Assembly: GCA_038279365.1 (NCBI GenBank)
Contig: JAYODI010000110.1
Location: 1 to 15,305, forward strand
Direction: 5' to 3'
Origin: Candidatus Latescibacterota bacterium
GTDB lineage: Bacteria > Latescibacterota > UBA2968
DNA length: 15,305 nt
Under the pieces are notes generated by a model. The model ran no database searches and was not told the DNA's origin. It saw only the letters and a list, made by a program, of their open reading frames with translations. The first letter of the stretch is position 1. The number at the start of each line of letters is the position of its first letter. The position numbers were made by a program, and so were the translations under genes. Shown one piece after another: positions 9,271 through 15,305 of the stretch.

Positions 9271-10197
9271 TTAAGCCTCCAAAACCATTCGCAACAACGT
9301 CATACGAATAAACAATCCATTATGCGCCTGTCGAAAATATGCCGCTCGTGGGTCAGAATCAACCGCAGGATCAATCTCATCAACCCGTGGCAACGGATGC
9401 ATCACAACCGCTTTTTCCGACAAGGCATCCATCACCTTGCCATCAATAATATATTTGCCACGCGCTTTTTCATAATCTTCAATACGATCTCCAAATCGCT
9501 CTTTCTGAATACGCGTTTGGTAGATCACATCCACCTCGCCAGCCACCTTCAACAAATCGTTTTCTTCCTCAAAAGACACCCCATGCTCGGTTAAGTGTGT
9601 TTTAATATCATCTTTCATACGCACCACATTGGGCGCAACAAAATACAACTTCACACCCTCATACTTAGCCAACAAATAAGCCAATGACCGCGCCGTACGC
9701 CCATTTGCCAAATCGCCAACCAATGCCACCTTAATCCCATCCAAGTGGCCAATTTCTTTTTGAATCGTATACACATCCAACAATGCCTGAGTGGGGTGCT
9801 GCCCTGGCCCATCACCCGCATTAATAATGGGTACCGATGCCACATCAGCGGCACGCCGCGCCGCACCGCTTTCAAAGTGTCGCATCACAATCACATCCGA
9901 ATAACCTTCCACAATGCGAATGGTGTCTTCCAATGTTTCACCCTTCGCCGCCGAAGAAAACTCACGTGCACTTTCGGTTGTAATCACTTCACCACCCAAG
10001 CGAAACATCGCCGACTCAAAAGACAACCGCGTACGTGTGCTGGGTTCATAAAACAAAGACGCCATAATCCGCCGATTCAAAATACTCGATCCATATCGGC
10101 TCACCACCTCTTCCATTTCCTTCGTTGTTGCAAAAATTTCATGCATCAAATCTCGACTAAATTGTTGTGCTTCAACCACATGAAAGAGTTTGTCCAT
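9271..10197 (-). CDS. pyrB: Aspartate carbamoyltransferase catalytic subunit (plant-like type)
   Basis: FYEPSTRTRLSFE, INAGDGPGQHPTQALLD, YQTRIQKER, MHPLPR; ATG 10197 has SD GGGAGG, so 308 aa rather than the 325-aa ORF call. Confidence 0.97.
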   Translation of the reverse strand: MDKLFHVVEAQQFSRDLMHEIFATTKEMEEVVSRYGSSILNRRIMASLFYEPSTRTRLSFESAMFRLGGEVITTESAREFSSAAKGETLEDTIRIVEGYSDVIVMRHFESGAARRAADVASVPIINAGDGPGQHPTQALLDVYTIQKEIGHLDGIKVALVGDLANGRTARSLAYLLAKYEGVKLYFVAPNVVRMKDDIKTHLTEHGVSFEEENDLLKVAGEVDVIYQTRIQKERFGDRIEDYEKARGKYIIDGKVMDALSEKAVVMHPLPRVDEIDPAVDSDPRAAYFRQAHNGLFIRMTLLRMVLEA

Positions 10198-10221
10198 GCC
10201 AACCTCCCAAATTAAAAAAAC

Positions 10222-10341
10222 AATGAAACGCCAAATGTGAAACGGCAAAAGTAAAAACCCTTAAAATCCATAAAACAAAATATATCACGCAGCCAAATCA
10301 CACGGTTAATTCATTTGCCGTTTGCCATTTGCCATTTGCCT
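10222..10341. repeat. Inverted heptamer arrays (TTTGCCR family) in the pyrB leader
   Basis: tttgccg tttgcca tttgcca tttgcct (10314-10341) facing aatgaaa cgccaaa tgtgaaa cggcaaa agtaaaa (10222-10256). Confidence 0.7.
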
Positions 10342-10450
10342 CAAAAAAAAACGCCCCCATTGCGGGAGCGTTTACCAAATCATAAAACCACATATAACCA
10401 AAGCGAAAACCTAACATATCATCTATTGCGTGGGGCGAATTTTTTTTCAC
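10298..10450 (-). CDS. Putative pyrL-like leader peptide (50 aa) reading through the attenuator
   Basis: GTG 10450 after GAAAGG; MKKNSPHAIDDMLGFRFGYMWFYDLVNAPAMGAFFFEANGKWQTANELTV*; frame spans a U-rich tract and the terminator hairpin. Confidence 0.4.
   Translation of the reverse strand: MKKNSPHAIDDMLGFRFGYMWFYDLVNAPAMGAFFFEANGKWQTANELTV
10343..10373 (-). terminator. Intrinsic terminator/attenuator in the pyrB 5' leader
   Basis: Minus strand AAACGCTCCC-gcaat-GGGGGCG-T9, located between the predicted promoter and pyrB, with no upstream minus-strand gene that would need terminating. Confidence 0.8.
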
Positions 10451-10499
10451 CGTTCACCTTTCACACCAAATCGTTTTACCATCCTTTTCACTTGACCAA

Positions 10500-10528
10500 A
10501 ATATAGAGTCTCACAGTCATTCAATCAA
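10500..10528 (-). promoter_or_regulatory. Putative sigma70 promoter of the pyrB operon
   Basis: Minus strand TTGATT (10528-10523), 17-nt spacer, TATATT (10505-10500). Confidence 0.6.
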
Positions 10529-10541
10529 GCATAAAATACGG

Positions 10542-10570
10542 TTGACGTGGCCTACAAATCCTGATATCTT
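10542..10570 (+). promoter_or_regulatory. Putative sigma70 promoter of glyA (extended -10)
   Basis: TTGACG (10542-10547), 17-nt spacer ending in TGA, TATCTT (10565-10570), just upstream of the riboswitch. Confidence 0.65.
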
Positions 10571-10590
10571 AAGAAAACATTCATCAGACG

Positions 10591-10670
10591 TATTCAACGT
10601 AACTGGCGAGCTGCGTGGATTCAACCACGAGGGAGCGTTGAATGAAGAACAAAGCCGATCGCCTGGGCTA
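10591..10670 (+). ncRNA. ZMP/ZTP (pfl) riboswitch aptamer
   Basis: P1 ATTCAACG/CGTTGAAT; conserved CGTAACTGGCG, P2 CGTGG-attcaa-CCACG, GGGAGCG, A-rich linker, 3' element GCCGATCGCCTGGGC; upstream of glyA, a known target class. Confidence 0.93.
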
Positions 10671-10700
10671 ATGACGTAACCACAAGCCTGGGCTATTTTT
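10661..10700 (+). terminator. Riboswitch expression-platform terminator
   Basis: GCCTGGGCT (10661-10669) pairs with AGCCTGGGC (10685-10693), 9 bp including 2 G-U, followed by TATTTTT; overlaps the aptamer 3' end. Confidence 0.7.
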
Positions 10701-10730
10701 ATGCCCGAAACGCAACCGAGGAGGTTTCTC

Positions 10731-12236
10731 ATGGCTTCACCACTTGCACAATACCTCTCGCAAAACCCCAACCCCAACGCTGGTTTTATTGCCTATCTGG
10801 CGGCATTAGAACAAGTTGCATCAATTTCGCCAGAAATAGCCAAAAGCATCATTGCCGAGTTGGCCGACCAACGCAGCAACCTCAAAATGATTGCCAGCGA
10901 AAATTATTGTTCATTGCCCACCCAGTTGGCAATGGGCAACTTGCTCACCGACAAATATGCCGAAGGCATTCCAGATCATCGCTTTTATGCCGGGTGCGAC
11001 AACATAGACGACATCGAAAAACGCGCAGCCAACCTCGCCTGTGAGTTGTTTGGCGCCCACCATGCCTACGTGCAACCCCATTCGGGTGCCGATGCCAACA
11101 TGGTCGCTTTTTGGGCCATTCTCTCAGCACGCGTGCAAGACCCGCACCTCGAAAAAATGGGCAAAAAAAGTGCCTTCGACCTCTCCGATAGCGAGTGGGC
11201 CACACTGCGTGCATCTTTGGGCAACCAACGTCTCTTAGGCTTAGACCTCGCCTCAGGCGGTCACCTCACCCACGGATATCGCGTCAATGTTTCAGGGCGT
11301 ATGTTCGAATCGCACGCCTATACCGTGAGCAAAGAAACAGGTCTTTTAGACTACGATCAAATTCGTGCACAAGCAAAAGAAGTCAAACCGCTCATCCTCT
11401 TGGCGGGTTACAGCGCCTATCCACGCAAAGTCAATTTCCGCATCTTTAAAGAAATTGCCGATGAAGTAGGTGCTGTCTTTATGGTCGATATGGCACACTT
11501 TGCAGGTTTGGTTGCAGGCAAAGTATTTACAGGCGATTTTGACCCAGTCGCCCATGCCGACATTGTCACCACCACCACCCACAAAACTTTGCGCGGCCCA
11601 CGCGGTGGCATGATCTTGTGCACCGAAGAATTTGCCGAACATGTGGACAAAGGCTGCCCTATGGTGCTTGGTGGCCCCTTGCCTCATGTGATGGCCGCCA
11701 AAGCCATTGCCTTTAAAGAAGCCCTTTCGACCGATTTTCAAGCCTATGCCAAGAGAATCGTTGAAAATTGCCAAACCTTATCCCAAGCCTGTATCGACGA
11801 AGGTCTTACCGTGCTCACTGGGGGCACAGACAACCACCTCATGCAAATTGATGTGCGCCCCTTTGACCTTACCGGTCTTCAAGCCGAAGCCGTCTTGCGC
11901 GAAGCCCGAATCACCCTCAACAAAAACACCATTCCCTTCGACACAAACGGCCCATGGTTTGCCAGTGGTTTGCGCTTAGGCACACCCGGCCTCACCACCT
12001 TGGGAATGGGCGCAGAAGAAATGCAAGAAATCGGGTTTATCTTGAGCAATGTCCTAAAACACACACGCGCCCTCAAACTCACCAAGGGCAAACAAGCCGG
12101 TGAACTCAGCAAACGCGGTTACAAATCGGACGAAGAAGCACTCAAAGTCGCCCAAAATCGGGTCACTGCACTTTTGAAACGTTTCCCACTCTACCCCGAA
12201 ATTGATCTCGAATATTTGCAAAAATCTTTCGCATAA
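10731..12236 (+). CDS. glyA: Serine hydroxymethyltransferase (long form, about 500 aa)
   Basis: MIASENY, KYAEG, VQPHSGADAN, GGHLTHG, DMAHFAGLVAG, PLP-lysine motif TTTHKTLRGPRGG; ATG 10731 follows SD GAGGAGG (501 aa). Confidence 0.97.
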   Translation: MASPLAQYLSQNPNPNAGFIAYLAALEQVASISPEIAKSIIAELADQRSNLKMIASENYCSLPTQLAMGNLLTDKYAEGIPDHRFYAGCDNIDDIEKRAANLACELFGAHHAYVQPHSGADANMVAFWAILSARVQDPHLEKMGKKSAFDLSDSEWATLRASLGNQRLLGLDLASGGHLTHGYRVNVSGRMFESHAYTVSKETGLLDYDQIRAQAKEVKPLILLAGYSAYPRKVNFRIFKEIADEVGAVFMVDMAHFAGLVAGKVFTGDFDPVAHADIVTTTTHKTLRGPRGGMILCTEEFAEHVDKGCPMVLGGPLPHVMAAKAIAFKEALSTDFQAYAKRIVENCQTLSQACIDEGLTVLTGGTDNHLMQIDVRPFDLTGLQAEAVLREARITLNKNTIPFDTNGPWFASGLRLGTPGLTTLGMGAEEMQEIGFILSNVLKHTRALKLTKGKQAGELSKRGYKSDEEALKVAQNRVTALLKRFPLYPEIDLEYLQKSFA

Positions 12237-12256
12237 ATTTTCCATTTCTGCAAAAG

Positions 12257-12286
12257 AAAAAGCTCGGACAATTGTCCGAGCTTTTT
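12257..12286. terminator. Bidirectional intrinsic terminator between glyA and the SDR gene
   Basis: Perfect palindrome AAAAAGCTCGGACAATTGTCCGAGCTTTTT. Confidence 0.85.
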
Positions 12287-12304
12287 GTGTTATAGCGATA
12301 TCAT

Positions 12305-12344
12305 CAGATGTTAATTTTACATACGCGTGTAAAATTAACATCTG
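12305..12344. repeat. Perfect 17-bp AT-rich inverted repeat
   Basis: CAGATGTTAATTTTACA-tacgcg-TGTAAAATTAACATCTG. Confidence 0.85.
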
Positions 12345-12376
12345 CGATTGCCAATAAAAGCCAATCGCGGCATTAA

Positions 12377-13147
12377 CTATATATGAATATTCAACCCCGC
12401 CGACACATTCAAGTCCGTTCCCGTCACCCGAGCCGCCGCATCACTGGCCAAGTACACACACGCTTCAGCCATATCCCCTTCGGTATTAAACTCACCCATC
12501 GGCAACTGTTCGGCCTGCCCTTTCTCCCACCCATCTTCACGCCCTTGCCCTGCTTGCACCTCAAATTCCTTCTCCGTTAACACCCACCCAATCGTCACCC
12601 AATTGACCCGAATCTTATCCTTGCGCAAAATGCCCGCAAGCTGTCGCGTCATGGTATACATTGCGCCCTTGCTGCACCCATACGCAAATAAATTATCGCC
12701 CATACTCCACGGCAATGTCGATCCCATATTGATAATGGAACCTCCCCCGCGCACACGCATCATCGGCACCGCGGCTTGACTACACAAAAACGCACTGCGC
12801 GTATTCACCGCAAACATATTGTCCCAAAACTCAGGCGTTGTTTCTTCAAATTTAGCCCGCGGAAAAATGCCCGCATTGTTCACCAAAATATCCAACCCAC
12901 CAAAAGCGTCCTTCGCCCGTTCACACACCCGTTTACAATCTTCCGCAACCGCCATATCCGCCTGCTCAAAAACCGCTTCTCCGCCTGCATCCACAATCTC
13001 CTTCACCACCGCCTCACCGCGATCCACCCGCCGCCCCGTAATCACAACTTGCGCACCTTCTTGTGCAAACGCCCGCGCAATGGCCGCACCAATCCCACTG
13101 GTTGACCCCGTCACCACCGCAATTTTATTTTCTAACCGCTTAGACAT
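12377..13147 (-). CDS. Short-chain dehydrogenase/reductase (classical SDR)
   Basis: TGSTSGIG, LVNNAG, INMGS, YGCSK (YxxxK); ATG 13147 preferred because SD GGAGAGG lies upstream (256 aa). Confidence 0.93.
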   Translation of the reverse strand: MSKRLENKIAVVTGSTSGIGAAIARAFAQEGAQVVITGRRVDRGEAVVKEIVDAGGEAVFEQADMAVAEDCKRVCERAKDAFGGLDILVNNAGIFPRAKFEETTPEFWDNMFAVNTRSAFLCSQAAVPMMRVRGGGSIINMGSTLPWSMGDNLFAYGCSKGAMYTMTRQLAGILRKDKIRVNWVTIGWVLTEKEFEVQAGQGREDGWEKGQAEQLPMGEFNTEGDMAEACVYLASDAAARVTGTDLNVSAGLNIHI

Positions 13148-13172
13148 ATCATTCCTCTCCAAATAATTCACA

Positions 13173-13200
13173 TTGTATTTATCGAACGATGTATTATAAT
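13173..13200. promoter_or_regulatory. Possible overlapping divergent promoter (palindromic ATTATAAT gives TATAAT on both strands)
   Basis: Plus strand TTGTAT-16 nt-TATAAT (13195-13200); minus strand TATAAT (13198-13193) about 45 nt upstream of the SDR start. Confidence 0.35.
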
Positions 13201-13293
13201 CCTTATCCCCCCAAAAGGAAATCCCTACTTACATTTCAAAATTTGATACACAACACCATAAAAATAACCCATAAATAAATCACTCAAATCACC

Positions 13294-13490
13294 CATGATT
13301 TTCCGCACCATTCCGTCCAGCTCTTATGACTTTATAAAAGCAACCAAATTGACAGGCCACTGTCCTTCCTGCCTCCTCTAAAGGTATTTGCGGAAAATCA
13401 GCCTTCCCGGCACTTGAGGGACGACTTTTTGCCCACTTTTTAGTCGTTTAAAAAGTGGGTCGCCGAAGGCAAACCAACTTAAAATCAATT
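13294..13490 (+). repeat. Structured dispersed repeat, copy 1 (about 200 nt)
   Basis: First 32 nt identical to 15092-15123; 3' half highly similar to 15181-15291; 12-bp stem TGATTTTCCGCA/TGCGGAAAATCA; 3' pseudoknot; terminal GCCGAAGGC hairpin. Confidence 0.88.
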
Positions 13491-13537
13491 CAAAAATAAA
13501 CTTTCAGCCTCATAATGTTTCGTATAAGGATTTTCCC

Positions 13538-14704
13538 ATGAACGCAAACCTAAAAATCACCCACATCGAATTCCACACCTTCGCCTACGACGTTCACGAC
13601 CTCACCAACCAAGACGACTACAACGGCTTCAACACCGTCTATAAAAAAGGGGCCGTCACCAAACGCGGCGGCAGCATTATGCAAATCCACACCAACGAAG
13701 GCATCACAGGCGAAATCGCCGCGGGAAATACCTCCCAACTCCAACTGTTCATCCCCTACCTCATCGGCAAAAACCCCCTCCAACGCGAACTCATCTACAA
13801 CGACGTCAAACGCGCCCTGCGCAAATACGACCGCATGAGCATAGGCCCCGTAGACATCGCACTCTGGGACATTGCTGGCAAGCTTTACAACGCCCCCATC
13901 TACGAAATGCTCGGCGGTTATCGCAAAACCCTCCCCGCCTATGCCTCCACCTACCACGGCGACGAAAACGGCGGCCTCGACAGCCCCGAAGCCTTTGCCA
14001 ACTTTGCAGTACAATGCAAAGAAATGGGCTACCGCGCCTTCAAAATTCACGGTTGGAGCCACGCGCCCATCCAACGCGAAGTGGCCAACGTTTTGGCCGT
14101 GCGCAAAGCCGTGGGCCCAGAAATGGACCTCATGCTCGACCCCGCCTGCGAATACGAAACCTTTGCCGAAGCCCTACGTGTGGGCCGTGCCTGCGACGAA
14201 GCCAACTTCTTTTGGTATGAAGACCCCTTCAAAGATGGCGGCATCTCCTTTTTTGCCCAGCGCAAACTCCGCCAAATGCTCAAAACCCCCATCCTCATGG
14301 GCGAACACGTACGCACCCTCGAACCCAAAGTAGACATGGTCATTGCCGAAGCCACCGACTACATGCGCGTCAACCCCACCATGGACATGGGCATCACAGG
14401 TGCCATCAAAGTGGCCCACGCCGCCGAAGGTTTCGGCCTCGACGTCGAAATCCACGCCCCAGGCCCCGCCCAACGCCACTGCATGGCCGCCATCCGAAAC
14501 GCCAACTACTACGAACTCGGCCTCGTCCACCCCAACGCCCCAAGCTCAGGCCCCCCCATCTATACCAACTACAGCGACACCTTAGATGCCATCGACAAAA
14601 ACGGCTGCGTCCCCGTTCCCGAAGGCCCAGGCCTCGGCGTTGAATTCGACTGGGACTTCATCGAAAAACACCGCACAGGAAAAGTGATCTATCCTGAAAT
14701 ATAA
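13538..14704 (+). CDS. Enolase-superfamily enzyme (mandelate racemase/muconate lactonizing enzyme-like)
   Basis: VDIALWDIAGKLYNAPIYEMLGG; FKIHG; metal ligands in MLDPAC, YEDP, MGEH; PEGPGLGVE; SD AAGGA. Confidence 0.93.
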   Translation: MNANLKITHIEFHTFAYDVHDLTNQDDYNGFNTVYKKGAVTKRGGSIMQIHTNEGITGEIAAGNTSQLQLFIPYLIGKNPLQRELIYNDVKRALRKYDRMSIGPVDIALWDIAGKLYNAPIYEMLGGYRKTLPAYASTYHGDENGGLDSPEAFANFAVQCKEMGYRAFKIHGWSHAPIQREVANVLAVRKAVGPEMDLMLDPACEYETFAEALRVGRACDEANFFWYEDPFKDGGISFFAQRKLRQMLKTPILMGEHVRTLEPKVDMVIAEATDYMRVNPTMDMGITGAIKVAHAAEGFGLDVEIHAPGPAQRHCMAAIRNANYYELGLVHPNAPSSGPPIYTNYSDTLDAIDKNGCVPVPEGPGLGVEFDWDFIEKHRTGKVIYPEI

Positions 14705-14773
14705 AGCACCTACCCTCGGCCCCTTCCTAAAGTAAGGGGAGACAAAACCATCTATTCAGCCAAAATAAACATC

Positions 14774-14856
14774 ACTTCGGTAATCACTCAATCACGCCGG
14801 AATAATGGATTTTGAAAAATTACTTCGGTAACCACATCACCATCGCACCGGAATAA
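14774..14856. repeat. Degenerate tandem duplication (about 50-nt period)
   Basis: ACTTCGGTAAtCAC...CCGGAATAA at 14774-14805 and ACTTCGGTAAcCAC...CCGGAATAA at 14822-14856. Confidence 0.65.
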
Positions 14857-15030
14857 ATTCCAGTGCAAAGATGGAAAAGTCCTTCGGACTAAGAATCAAA
14901 AACGCTATCAAATCATTGCCGGTTTATTTAAACAATTTCCATAATTCCAGCACGACAATAAGAAAAGTCCTACGGACTAAAGATCAAAACCTCAATCAAA
15001 CCATTGTCGATTTATTAAAAAAAATCCCTG
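14856..15030. repeat. Degenerate tandem duplication (88-nt period) carrying REP-like hairpins
   Basis: AATTCCAG...GAAAAGTCCTWCGGACTAA...ATCAAA...CATTGYCGRTTTATT repeated; hairpins AGTCC-ttc-GGACT (14878) and AGTCC-tac-GGACT (14966). Confidence 0.7.
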
Positions 15031-15091
15031 AAAAATGAGAACAATCTATCCCCAAAAAATAAACACCACTTTACCCATCACAAAAAGTAAT

Positions 15092-15291
15092 CATGATTTT
15101 CCGCACCATTCCGTCCAGCTCTTTATATTTTAATATCTGTGAGGTTATAGGCTATATTCCTCTGAGCGTCTCCAAATGTAATTTGCGAAAAATCAGCCCT
15201 CCCGGCACTTGAGGGACGGCACTTTTTGCTTACTTTTTCTTGCTGTTGAGAAAAAGTAAGTCGCCGAAGGCAAACCAACAAAAAATCAATT
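15092..15291 (+). repeat. Structured dispersed repeat, copy 2 (about 200 nt)
   Basis: Direct repeat of 13294-13490 with compensatory substitutions in the 3' stems and a diverged central ~57 nt. Confidence 0.88.
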
Positions 15292-15305
15292 AAAAGAGCT
15301 GTTTT

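Noticed and set aside
10447-10482. 11-codon minus-strand ORF MVKRFGVKGER near the predicted pyrB TSS
   Set aside because: The AAGG abuts the ATG with no spacing and the start is only about 10 nt from the predicted 5' end; insufficient support
10701-10730. Upstream ATG for glyA (511 aa), and similarly the longer starts for pyrB (10248), pntAA (7089) and the SDR (13171)
   Set aside because: Good SD sequences precede the downstream ATGs, and the extensions lie in leader or repeat sequence
13396-13460. HDV-like ribozyme fold in the 200-nt repeat (GCC-YTCCC-GGC followed by GGG)
   Set aside because: The L3 loop is too short, and I could not find a matching P1 5' strand or P2 closure
13550-14585. 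Overlapping alternative ORFs within the enolase gene
   Set aside because: Explained by the biased codon usage, which removes stop codons from other frames
14774-15030. Possible CRISPR array
   Set aside because: Only two degenerate copies of each unit, the intervening sequences are themselves similar, and there are no cas genes in the window

Overview
Bacterial chromosomal window of mostly housekeeping and metabolic genes, with no transposase, CRISPR array, tRNA or rRNA seen. The TonB receptor style suggests an FCB-group or related diderm (inference). Left to right: a 3'-truncated TonB-dependent receptor on the minus strand (absent from the ORF track) divergent from an XRE-cupin regulator; a probable minus-strand operon of pyrB, a TMTC-like GT-C/TPR protein, an unannotated 55-aa CxxC..CxxC zinc-finger microprotein, pntAA, pntAB and pntB; a divergent long-form glyA under a ZTP (pfl) riboswitch; an SDR; and an enolase-superfamily enzyme. 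The most notable observations are: (i) two ~200-nt direct repeats flanking the enolase gene that show compensatory changes supporting an H-type pseudoknot with a pyrimidine triple helix; (ii) a plant-type ATCase preceded by a pyrL-like leader ORF and attenuator; (iii) the zinc-finger microprotein; (iv) palindromic heptamer-repeat elements at operon junctions.
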